This document shows, piece after piece, positions 8,501-17,804 of a stretch of DNA of 64,000 nt. Below the pieces are notes generated by a model. That model was not told where the DNA came from, did no database searches, and was given only the letters and a program-made list of their open reading frames with translations. A program made the translations under genes and the position numbers. Source of the stretch: a virus; IMG/VR virus record IMGVR_UViG_3300023184_000045, positions 1 through 64,000 of that record. One strand, written 5' to 3'. Position 1 is the stretch's first letter; the number at the start of each line of letters is the position of its first letter.

Positions 8501-10405
8501 TCATACCGACACGCTGGCAATAATATTGCTGACGCCTCCGCCGGATATGGTGACTGCTGCATTGACATCTGCACTGGCACTTGTGGTAACAGTGGTAGTG
8601 TAATTACTGCCACCAAATAACATACTGCCACCATCAATAACCAGTTTGACTGTGGTGCTGATCCTATTACCACTTGCATCGAGTGCTTTAACTGCCAAGT
8701 TGCCTGTAATTGGTGTACCAGTATATGTGTATGTAGTAGCATCGGGAGTAACTACAATAGTTACCGGTACTGTCAAACTGATCAAATGTATACGACCCCA
8801 TCTATATGGGCCAGGCTCTACTGCCCATATACGTCCAGTATTGTCTCTACCAACTGCACTAAACTGGTATGGTAAACTAGCAGTACGTGTCCACCCACTT
8901 GCTTCAGTAAAAGTATAGATATAGAAATTGCTGTGGCAAAATACACCCAATATAGTCAGGCTGTCATTTAACCAAACAATATTTTTTGGTGTACTAGGAA
9001 CAGGAATATTACTGTGATATGTTAGTACTCTTGGATCTCCTGCATTTACGCTGTAGCAAACAAATGTACATGCTTTTGGAGTGGCGTCGGCAAGAGCTCC
9101 AGTACCGTTCAGTTGCATAAACAACAAATAACGATTTGATCCTACTGTAAATGTTTCGTTAGACCAAATTGATTGCATACCATGTGGTTGAGATATAGTA
9201 GCCGGGGCACTGGCGTCAGGAGTCCAATATGTACTTAAACTATTACCACCATAGCTAACAGTACAGTAGGCACTACGAGTAAATGCATCAGTTGTAGTAT
9301 TCCATTGGTAATACAAAGGTGCATAGTTGCCTGCACTATCTACGAACGGAACATAGAATCCGCGACTGTTTGCTGTTAGTGGATCTGTAAACCAACGACT
9401 GGCAAATTTAGATTTGTAGCTACCTTGTGTTGTTGTACGATCGGTGCCGTTGCTGCTGCCGCCGGCTGCAAGAATTGTACTGAATGTATTTAATGTAGTA
9501 TAGGTATTTGCACTGTCATTAAACTTTTGAAACACTTGGTTAAAATCATTTGTTGTGCCAATGCTTAATGTTAGCATATAGCCATCAACCAGGCTAACTC
9601 CAAGAAACTGGCAAGTGTAATTATTAGCAAGTTGGCCAGATGCTGGCGCTGTAATACCAGTTGCGCTAGACACAGCAAATGCTTGACCTAGATGAAACCC
9701 GGCTGCCGAGCATGGATAAATTCCAGTGGTAACAGACTGTTGATATAGTCCGTGATAAACCATATTGCCAGTACTAGGGTTTCTATACATAGGGTATGCA
9801 TGAGGGAAAAGTCCATTGATCTGAGTAGACGGCGCTATACTAGCAGTAGGAATTCCACCGGCAGCAATATCTGCACTAGTCCCATTTACTTTTGTAACAA
9901 TACGCATGTATTCGTTAATGCCTGTGATACTGCCAGCATTAACCCACTGTGTCCATATGGCTACACTGTTTGTTCCGTCGGTGAAATGCGACGCTGGCGT
10001 AGGTCTACGTGCAGGGTCCATTGACATAAAAGGGGCATGATCTAAGTTTACTCTATAATCGCCGGCGGTGGTAATAAAATGCCTACAGTGAGTAACTTCA
10101 CCATTTAATACCAATACACCAGTAAAAAATATTTGACTTATATTATATTGCGCACTTGTGGACCCACTCAAAATTGGTTGGCCAAAATTTGATTGACTGG
10201 ACAAAAAACCCATGTCAACGTTGATGCCGGGCGCTGTTGGTAAATTACCCGTTGGACTAAAATTATATTCTACATCAAATTGCGGTGCTAAACTGGTTTT
10301 ATTAACGCCGTCAGTTTGGAAATACATGTAGGTACTGCCAGGAATTGGATCTTCCAATATAGCTGCCGCCTGCATTGGTTTTTTAAATGTTCTTATAATT
10401 GCCAC
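8501..10405 (-). CDS. 634-aa beta-rich putative virion protein; paralog of 10698..12545
   Basis: GTG start with AAGGA SD. Shares MAIIRT..EDP.PGS..YFQ, SMDPAR, KFASR.FTDP and GRD..GRIWA with the upstream paralog. Confidence 0.85.
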   Translation of the reverse strand: MAIIRTFKKPMQAAAILEDPIPGSTYMYFQTDGVNKTSLAPQFDVEYNFSPTGNLPTAPGINVDMGFLSSQSNFGQPILSGSTSAQYNISQIFFTGVLVLNGEVTHCRHFITTAGDYRVNLDHAPFMSMDPARRPTPASHFTDGTNSVAIWTQWVNAGSITGINEYMRIVTKVNGTSADIAAGGIPTASIAPSTQINGLFPHAYPMYRNPSTGNMVYHGLYQQSVTTGIYPCSAAGFHLGQAFAVSSATGITAPASGQLANNYTCQFLGVSLVDGYMLTLSIGTTNDFNQVFQKFNDSANTYTTLNTFSTILAAGGSSNGTDRTTTQGSYKSKFASRWFTDPLTANSRGFYVPFVDSAGNYAPLYYQWNTTTDAFTRSAYCTVSYGGNSLSTYWTPDASAPATISQPHGMQSIWSNETFTVGSNRYLLFMQLNGTGALADATPKACTFVCYSVNAGDPRVLTYHSNIPVPSTPKNIVWLNDSLTILGVFCHSNFYIYTFTEASGWTRTASLPYQFSAVGRDNTGRIWAVEPGPYRWGRIHLISLTVPVTIVVTPDATTYTYTGTPITGNLAVKALDASGNRISTTVKLVIDGGSMLFGGSNYTTTVTTSASADVNAAVTISGGGVSNIIASVSV

Positions 10406-10426
10406 AATATTTTCCTTAATGTATTA

Positions 10427-10687
10427 TTATGCACCAGTTACTGAATCTGCCCAGGCAAAAGCATCTGCTGCATCTGCAAACGGTTCTCTGCCGCCGTCTG
10501 GTGTGCATTTCCACTGTTGATATACGCCAGATTCAACTATTTCATTTCCGTCTGCATCAACAGTCAGTAACCCAATTGTCAACTCGCCGCCTATGCCACC
10601 AGAATACACATACCTGAAAGTTTTAGTAGCAACGACTTGAGCTGTTTCATCACGCTGTTCTATTAGTCGATCATATATATCACTCAT
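10427..10687 (-). CDS. 86-aa acidic hypothetical protein between the two paralogs (possible assembly chaperone)
   Basis: ATG with AGGA SD; fills the gap between the paralogs in the same orientation. The function is inference. Confidence 0.75.
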   Translation of the reverse strand: MSDIYDRLIEQRDETAQVVATKTFRYVYSGGIGGELTIGLLTVDADGNEIVESGVYQQWKCTPDGGREPFADAADAFAWADSVTGA

Positions 10688-10697
10688 TTACAAATCC

Positions 10698-12545
10698 TTA
10701 TAAGGTTACAGTAGTACTAATTGTACTAACACCAGCACTGACTACAGCAGCATTAACTGTGGTAGTAGCACTTGCACTGGTAGTTACAGTAATTGTGCTA
10801 GTGGTAACTAGTATATTACTAGTATAAAATACAATACTAGTTCCAGTTGAAGTTAGTGTTACATTAGCAGCAATTCTAGCACCAGTTATATCATATGTAT
10901 CAATTGCATATGTAGTACCAATTGTAGCTCCTGAATAGTTATAGCTGTTAGCTGCCGGTGTTACGTTAATGGTAGCCGGCATACTGCCAGATAATAAGTG
11001 TATACGCCCGTAACCAAACTGCCCAGAGTCTTGGGCCCATATACGCCCTAAGCTATCTCTGCCTATGCTGTTAAATTGGTAATTGTAACTTGCTGTCAAG
11101 TTCCAACCAGATACAGCACTGTTGAAACTGTAGATATAGGTATAGTTATGTGCAACGACTGCCATCAAAGTTCTGGCATCATTCAACCAGCAGATGTTTT
11201 TTGGTGTGCTAGGTATCACAGTAGCACTGTGGAAAGTAGTCTGAGTATAATCAGTACTACTCACGCTATAGGTCAGAAAAGTACGAATAAATGTGTTACC
11301 ATCAAAAATACCGCCTGCGCCATGTAGCTGCATCATAGTCAGATATCTAGTGCCACTAAACACAAAACTTTCGTTGTAGACGACACGATTCATTCCAGAT
11401 ACCGAGTTAACACTGGTAGTAGTAGTTTGGTCAGGCCACCAGTAGGTATTCTGAGTACCCGCACCGTATACTGTAGTAACATTGGCAAATCTTTGGAATG
11501 AGTCAGCAGTTCTATTCCACAAAATATAATGCGGATGGTAGGCGCCAGCTGTGTCAAAATAAGGAACATAAAATCCAGTCTGTCCGGCCGGACCGGCCGG
11601 ACTAGTGTTTGGATCTGTAAATGTTCTACTGGCAAATTTAGGTTGGAATGTTCCGCCTACTGGTGTAGTTCTCGCACCGCCTGCACTGCCACCTGTTCTA
11701 ATATCAGCACTAGGGGTAGCTGTAAACGTACCCGGATTGGTAGCAGTAGTATTAATATCGTTGTACTTGTAGATGTTTTGTGTATAGTCATTACCGATGC
11801 TGTTATTAAAGAACATGGCCAGGCCATCAACACTAGACACACCTAAGAATTGTACAGTATTAGTGCCAGATGTTGCGCCTGCTGCCACTAAAGTTGGGGC
11901 GGCAGCACTAAACATACTGGGCATATGTGCCCCATTGGTTGCACCCGGAACATAGTTAGTAGCATGGTTGTTTGCAACTACTATCAAATTATTAGTGCCT
12001 GGATTTCTATACACTGGAAAACCAGTGTAGCTGGCTGTGTTGGTAGTATTTTGTAATGGAAATCCAGTACTGCTATCTGTTCCTACGTTAACTCGACGAT
12101 AATAAGTTATATATCCGGTGGTACTTGGCGTACTACTTTGCTGATTGTAAGTTATTAATACCTGATTATTAACACCGTCGGTTTCATATCTACTATGATT
12201 AATAGGACGAGCAGGGTCCATGCTGGCCCAAGCCGCTTGGTCTAGGTTATTTCTATAGTCGTTGTTGGTGTTGAATATCTGATGGCGAACAAAAGTCACT
12301 TCACCTTTGAGTAATAGCATGCCGCCTAATGCTTCCGGACCGGTCCCCGACACTGTATTACTATATCCAAATGTAGAATAAGCAGTACCAGTGGTACTCC
12401 AACTAATGGTTTTATCAAAGAAATGATTTAAGGTATTGGTATTGTATGCTTCGTTTTGAAAATAAATTTTTCCAGAGCCAGGATACGGATCCTCTGTGAT
12501 GGTAGGAACCTGTATACCGTATTTTGCTGTTCTAATTATTGCCAT
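10698..12545 (-). CDS. 615-aa beta-rich putative virion protein; paralog of 8501..10405
   Basis: AGGAG SD and two late-promoter boxes upstream; full-length similarity to the 634-aa ORF. Confidence 0.85.
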   Translation of the reverse strand: MAIIRTAKYGIQVPTITEDPYPGSGKIYFQNEAYNTNTLNHFFDKTISWSTTGTAYSTFGYSNTVSGTGPEALGGMLLLKGEVTFVRHQIFNTNNDYRNNLDQAAWASMDPARPINHSRYETDGVNNQVLITYNQQSSTPSTTGYITYYRRVNVGTDSSTGFPLQNTTNTASYTGFPVYRNPGTNNLIVVANNHATNYVPGATNGAHMPSMFSAAAPTLVAAGATSGTNTVQFLGVSSVDGLAMFFNNSIGNDYTQNIYKYNDINTTATNPGTFTATPSADIRTGGSAGGARTTPVGGTFQPKFASRTFTDPNTSPAGPAGQTGFYVPYFDTAGAYHPHYILWNRTADSFQRFANVTTVYGAGTQNTYWWPDQTTTTSVNSVSGMNRVVYNESFVFSGTRYLTMMQLHGAGGIFDGNTFIRTFLTYSVSSTDYTQTTFHSATVIPSTPKNICWLNDARTLMAVVAHNYTYIYSFNSAVSGWNLTASYNYQFNSIGRDSLGRIWAQDSGQFGYGRIHLLSGSMPATINVTPAANSYNYSGATIGTTYAIDTYDITGARIAANVTLTSTGTSIVFYTSNILVTTSTITVTTSASATTTVNAAVVSAGVSTISTTVTL

Positions 12546-12574
12546 ATTTTATAAAACTCCTAGACCTATTACTA

Positions 12575-12607
12575 TATTTATGCTCAGGCACGATCTAAGT
12601 ATTTATA
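12575..12607 (-). promoter_or_regulatory. Two T4-type late promoter boxes (exact TATAAATA at 12600-12607, TAAATA at 12575-12580)
   Basis: Direct motif match in the gap upstream of the 615-aa gene. Confidence 0.75.
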
Positions 12608-12614
12608 ACGAAAA

Positions 12615-13136
12615 CTAACTAGTTTGATTGTATTTAAGCTGAACGTAAAGATCGTTTCCTGGATTATTAGAGGAACCCACTTGAAGTATACTTATGGTTA
12701 TGTATTCTCCACTGTTCATTGAGAATGTCAACAGCGATGTAGCTGTGTATTGTGTGGCTAAAATTGTAACAGTTGACACAGTAGTACCGTTCTTTTTAAT
12801 AGCAAATATTAAATTAGTGTCTGGATATCCCACTAGGTTAGCTACTACCGATGTAACTGTTAAGTCATAGGGTGCATACCAACGCCTAGATCCATCAAAT
12901 ACATACAGAGAACCTGATGTGTAAATGTTAATAAAGCTAGGACCAGAACTGCCAGTGTAGCCCAGGCCGCCGCTGCCTGTATATCCAGTGCCAGAACTGC
13001 CAGTATAGCCCACACTACCTGTATAGCCAGACAATTGCCCTGACGCTACCCAGGCGCGGCCGTTGTAAACCCAGGTGCGACCACCGTATGTGTAGGGATC
13101 ACCCGTGCCAGGACCGTCGGGGAAATTTAATGCCAT
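12615..13136 (-). CDS. 173-aa fibre-type protein: MALNFP...WVYNG.AW N-terminal module, short GYTGS collagen-like stretch, small C-terminal beta domain
   Basis: The N-terminal module resembles that of 28381..37488; GYTGSV/GYTGSS repeats. Confidence 0.85.
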   Translation of the reverse strand: MALNFPDGPGTGDPYTYGGRTWVYNGRAWVASGQLSGYTGSVGYTGSSGTGYTGSGGLGYTGSSGPSFINIYTSGSLYVFDGSRRWYAPYDLTVTSVVANLVGYPDTNLIFAIKKNGTTVSTVTILATQYTATSLLTFSMNSGEYITISILQVGSSNNPGNDLYVQLKYNQTS

Positions 13137-13150
13137 AGCTTAATTGTTTA

Positions 13151-13531
13151 TTATTCAGGTATCTGCGGTGGTGCAAATTCGTCCCAACTCAGAGTATCTT
13201 CGTTCCATCTGTACAGTTTATCGCCTGCTGGTGCTGCATCTGCTGGCATAGGCGCCGGTGCTTCCCAGTTACATGTATCATTGTTTAATGTCCAACTTGG
13301 AAACGGCGAGGGTGCATAAAATGCATCTCTTTCGGCATCGTATGTATACCCGAGTCCTGCATAGTTCTTACGCATTGGAGTTCCACCTAAACGGTGTACC
13401 CCACCATAGGTATTATAACTAGTCTGAACCCAAAGAGTAGGGTCACCAACTAGTCCTGTATCGATAAAATCTTGTTCGGCTACAATAACTTGTGTTACTA
13501 TACCGTTTTCTACTTTGGCAAAATGGCTCAT
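13151..13531 (-). CDS. 126-aa conserved phage protein (MSHFAK...RKNYAG.GYTYD...DAFYAP...W.AP.PMP type), possible fibre assembly chaperone
   Basis: AAGGA SD and TAAATA upstream. I recognise the motif set as a family common next to glycine-rich fibre genes in aquatic phages. The chaperone role is inference. Confidence 0.85.
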   Translation of the reverse strand: MSHFAKVENGIVTQVIVAEQDFIDTGLVGDPTLWVQTSYNTYGGVHRLGGTPMRKNYAGLGYTYDAERDAFYAPSPFPSWTLNNDTCNWEAPAPMPADAAPAGDKLYRWNEDTLSWDEFAPPQIPE

Positions 13532-13558
13532 AAAATTTCCTTTAGATAAATTTATATA

Positions 13559-13564
13559 TATTTA
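13559..13564 (-). promoter_or_regulatory. Late promoter core TAAATA
   Basis: Intergenic, upstream of the SD of the 126-aa gene. Confidence 0.55.
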
Positions 13565-13589
13565 TTTGTTTTCCGATGACAAAATTTTG

Positions 13590-14300
13590 TTATCCCCAGG
13601 CGCCGGCGCTCATTGAGCCCGAGGCGGATACTGGGTATATACTGATAAAACTGCCAGGTTGTGTAACATAAGGCCCCAGTGGATCTGCACTTAGTGTATA
13701 TTGCGGAATAAACGTGCCGCCCACAGCTATGTTCACTGTTCCTTCAATAAAACAAACTATGTAACCGCCCGCCGATGCTACTGTAGTAATTACAGTACTA
13801 GCAGCAGTTGTAAGATATAGCTGTCCTACTTCTGCACTATTGATATTAGTAAAACTGGTACCACTCACTTTGTAATTTAAATTATAACCAATAGTGTTTA
13901 CTGTTGCTGTTCCACCAAAACTTAACGATACTGTATGCGACGTTGCACCAACATTTTTACCCAAAGCATATAGCGCGGTAAATCTGTAAACAGTCTGTCC
14001 AGCTAGTGTTATTCCTAGCCCGCGCCCGTCAACGCCTACACCAAATACACCTTGGGCCGTTGTAATTTGTCTGCCTCCAAAAGTTGTTTGTAATTGATAA
14101 TGATACTGTGGTAAGTACCCTGGATAACCGTACGTTGTAGCGCCAGTGAACACTTCGATCCAAGCAGGGCTAGTACCATTTTGTACCATAAACTTGTAGA
14201 GACGATTGGTAGTGGGGTTGAACCACTCGTCACCGATTTGCAACCCGGTTTGGGGTTGCGTAGTCAATGTCCAGTGTTTGGTATAATTTCTTGTGCTCAC
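13590..14300 (-). CDS. 236-aa putative virion protein with GDEWFNPTTNRLY knob motif and a C-terminal beta-sandwich
   Basis: GTG start with GGAG SD. The GDxWF/Y motif also occurs in 38076..38408 and 28381..37488. Confidence 0.8.
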   Translation of the reverse strand: MSTRNYTKHWTLTTQPQTGLQIGDEWFNPTTNRLYKFMVQNGTSPAWIEVFTGATTYGYPGYLPQYHYQLQTTFGGRQITTAQGVFGVGVDGRGLGITLAGQTVYRFTALYALGKNVGATSHTVSLSFGGTATVNTIGYNLNYKVSGTSFTNINSAEVGQLYLTTAASTVITTVASAGGYIVCFIEGTVNIAVGGTFIPQYTLSADPLGPYVTQPGSFISIYPVSASGSMSAGAWG

Positions 14301-14315
14301 AGGCCGTCTCCAGGA

Positions 14316-17300
14316 TTAGGCCTGAGCTTCCGTCCAGGATAAACGTGCAAAAATGTTACCCGATGTGGCACCAATGTTCTGGGCCATGACTGTAACCACG
14401 TCTGGCCCGTCGGGGTAAACACCCACGTTGGCTGCTGCAACACCGCCACCTAGGATACTGGTACCCATGTCGCGAACCAAGGTCAAGTCCTGCTGTGTAG
14501 TGGTATAGCCCGAACCTGTGGTGTTCAAGAAGAAGCCGAACACAGTCTCGCCGCCTGCAATAGTAGTTGCCGAAGTATGGAAAATGTACTGTGCCAAACT
14601 AGATCCGCCTACGCTAGCCCAGTTTGGTGTTGCGCTGCTGACTGTACCGTTAAGCACCAAGGTCATAAGGAACTGACCATTGGAGAAAACGTCCAGCTGT
14701 CGCAAAATCATCTGCATGCGGTTTACCAGTTCACGTATGCCCAACGTTGATCCAGCAACACCGCTACTGACACTAGGTGCAATACGGAAACTCATAACTG
14801 CATTGTTAACACCGTTGTTAACTGCCAGGGTTGTGGTCATACCTCTTGTAAACACGTATGATTTATCATCATCAAATCTACCGTCCATGATAACTGACGT
14901 ACCCCAGTGACTGATGGTACTGGCAAACAAGGGAGCATGTAAGTCGACTGCAATTGGAGCAGTGGCACTATATGTAAATGATTGCGCAGCACCGGCCATG
15001 GGCGAAAATACCAATGACTGCGATCCGGCTGCCATAGGTGCCTGGCTTAATGTCACGCTGGTATTTGGCACAAAGCTGACAACAAATGTGTTGGCAGGGA
15101 CTGCATTAGTAGTTGAAAATACATACTGTCCAATTTGTACACCGGTGGTGCTTACACCGGTTATAACCGGAGTTGCAGTGTTAGTAGTAAATGTTAATGT
15201 GGCACCAGCTTGTGCTCTAGTAACACCAGTTAATGTACTAACTGTGTATTGTCCTGCAATATTTGCAGTACCAACACCAGCAAAATTAACGTATTCATAT
15301 GCTGTTGCATTGCGTATTACTGCAATACCTGCACCACTAGTAGGCCATCCAGCTGGTAATGTGTTTACATAGATTGTTACATCACTGCTACCTAGTGTAG
15401 TACCACCATTGGCCTGTATATTAGCCAGCTGTGTGCTCTTACTAAATGTATTTGATTCGTATCTCGCCGGCAAGTTACCCGAACGCATGTAAGCCTGATA
15501 GTTTACGTTGTTGTTGGGACTCTTGTGACAGTACATAACGTCACCGTTGAGTCCACGGAATCCCCAGCGTATAAAGCCCGCACCGTACCACGAGTAATCC
15601 AAATAGAACATTTGCATTCTGCTAAGATCAAGAGTAAATCCGCTAACACCAGTACCGTCTGCACGATCAATGTTCCATGAACTTTGTGGTACACGATAGT
15701 CAATGGTTTTACTAATAACCGCCGCCGACAAGTTAACAGTACCACGATATGCTGGCTGAATTGTTAGTGCTGCATCACTGGTAATTGTTTCCACTTTATA
15801 GCTCATACCTTTAATAACTACAAAATCCCCAGGTACCAGCTGTTTGCTAAAAATAGGGCTTACACCATTGAGGGTAATACCAGTAACTGTGTTACTACCA
15901 GCATTGATACTGGCCCAACCGTTAATTTGATATGTACTGCTACGGCGTACTGCGTATATGGTCTGTCCGTCATATTCAAAAAACACACCGTTTTGATTAT
16001 CGAACATGCCTACGCGAGTATTGGCTCCATACCAATTGCTAACACTCAAATACGGCAAACCAGTAGGTGTTGCAATCGTCGGAATCGATCCAGTGGTATC
16101 TAATCTGTTGGTACTGATGTAGGTAAACTTGTAAGGATCAATTACGCTTGCAACCGTGTATGTACCATTATAAGCTGTTTGATCCAGTCCACTTATTATA
16201 ATAGTGATACCAGGATTGATATTGTGTTGCACCTTGGTAACTACTGTAATCACAGCACCAACTGCTGTGATTGAATCCAAATTCAAATTGGGTTTGAGCA
16301 AAGTACCAGTTGACATCTGGATACCTTTGCCTGATTGGTAGCGGAAATAACGTCGTGTTTGACGTATCAACTGTTGATTATGACTTGATGCATTGGTACT
16401 AAACGTAACACCGCCGTCAAAGGCGCGATGTAAAAAGTTACCCTGTGGGCGAACATATAGTGTGGCACTACCATATGCAATTGTACCGGTTGGCGTGCTA
16501 ATCACGTTGTAGGTAAACACCGTCGGGCTAGTAACTGTGGCACTGTCCACGATCCGTTTGGAGCATTGGTGCTGGCTGTTAAACCAATGATACCAATTTC
16601 ATTGCCCAGTAACAGTCCGTGCGGTACGCTACATGTAACAGTAACCACTGTACCACTGTAGGTCACTGTGCTAAGACTGATGCTGGCGCCAGTAAATACA
16701 TATCCTTGATAGATGTTGGTGGTATTGGCGTTGTTAATTGATCCAGTAGTGCCCGGATAGGCAATTCTGGCCGTATAGGTAAAGTTACTACCGCTGCTGG
16801 TTTCAATCATGAACAAGCCATCTGCACCGGCCCAGGTAGTATCTTGTATGAATACTGGAGTACCAACACCGGGGTTAGCGGTTGAGGTTACTGTAACAGT
16901 ACGACTCAAGTTGACAGCACTGACGTCACTGTATACCAGTGGGTTGTAGGTGTTGTAGTAGGCAAATGGACGATTGTTAATCAGTGCTATACTTTCCCAT
17001 TTGGTAGTCTGTGTACTATATTCAAAGTCAGTATCAATAAGTGCCTGTGGGCTACTGGTACGCAATTTATTAACCGGATCCATTAAAATTTCCATTGGTT
17101 GGAAAGTTTCGTTGGATTCCTCAACCAAGATAGCAATCTTATCAGTACTTTGCATAACACTGGTGGTGTCATACTTCAATACAATACTGGTAGTCGGTAC
17201 GTTATTAGTTATTATGCTAACAAAACTTACCAATGTATAAGTAGGGTCACTGAAGTTGAACAACACAGTATTTCTGGTGGTGTTAGTGATCAAAAGCAGT

Positions 17301-17386
17301 TGCTCTTGACGCAGGTAACGGTTGATCACGATAGTCTTGGTAGACGGGGTGAACGTGTAATATTCTGGTGTTATATGTTTTGCCAT
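14316..17386 (-). pseudogene. One ~1023-codon virion structural gene (T4-like/cyanomyovirus type) split by a -1 frameshift at ~16541 into the 294-aa and 744-aa ORFs; a real lesion or an assembly error
   Basis: Minus strand reads TGG ACA GTG CCA CAG; adding one G gives TGG ACA GTG GCC ACA GTT ACT AGC CCG = WTVATVTSP, joining both ORFs. Family motifs on both sides: YTFTPSTKTI..LLLITN, KLRTSSPQALIDTDFEY, RSGNLPARYE, SHWGTSVIMDGRFDDDK, RELVNRMQ. Confidence 0.75.
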
Positions 17387-17392
17387 TTTTGT

Positions 17393-17779
17393 TTAATCTC
17401 CAAATGCTATCGGGTTAACTGAGTAACTTGCAGTTCTGCGCTGTACGTATGTGCCAAGGGTGACTATAGTAACCATGGCGCGGTCGCCCAATTCTGGCGG
17501 GTTGTAAATAATAAGGTTGCCATTTGTTACTCGGTAATCTCCGTTTATATCGTATTCTACGCTCCAAGGCAGTGTGCGCTCTGCTATATAAGGACGTAAA
17601 ATTTGTCCATTTATGCTCACTTGTACTTGTCTTGAATCTGTTACTGTATTTATGGACACTTCATCGACGCTCAAGGGAAAGATTTGAGTGCTGCTATTAA
17701 AATAAACGCTAATGTCATCGCATACCGCTGGTAGCGTATACGTCGCTTGTAAATCAGTCAGTACCCTGGTTAGTGCCAT
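17393..17779 (-). CDS. 128-aa conserved phage structural protein (DDIS..FN....FPL...QVSINGQ type)
   Basis: ATG with GGA SD and TAAATA upstream; its end carries the GGAG SD of the next gene. Confidence 0.8.
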   Translation of the reverse strand: MALTRVLTDLQATYTLPAVCDDISVYFNSSTQIFPLSVDEVSINTVTDSRQVQVSINGQILRPYIAERTLPWSVEYDINGDYRVTNGNLIIYNPPELGDRAMVTIVTLGTYVQRRTASYSVNPIAFGD

Positions 17780-17798
17780 TTTTGTTCCAATGTTAGTG

Positions 17799-17804
17799 TA
17801 TTTA
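17799..17804 (-). promoter_or_regulatory. Late promoter core TAAATA
   Basis: Immediately after the 3047-aa stop, 19 nt upstream of the next ATG. Confidence 0.65.

Noticed and set aside
13540-13590. AT-only palindromes (ataaatttat, acaaaattttgt)
   Set aside because: Expected by chance in AT-rich spacers and not repeated elsewhere.
16530-16560. Programmed -1 slippery site or phase-variable homopolymer at the frameshift
   Set aside because: No X XXY YYZ heptamer or homopolymer is present; kept only as an unexplained 1-nt deletion.
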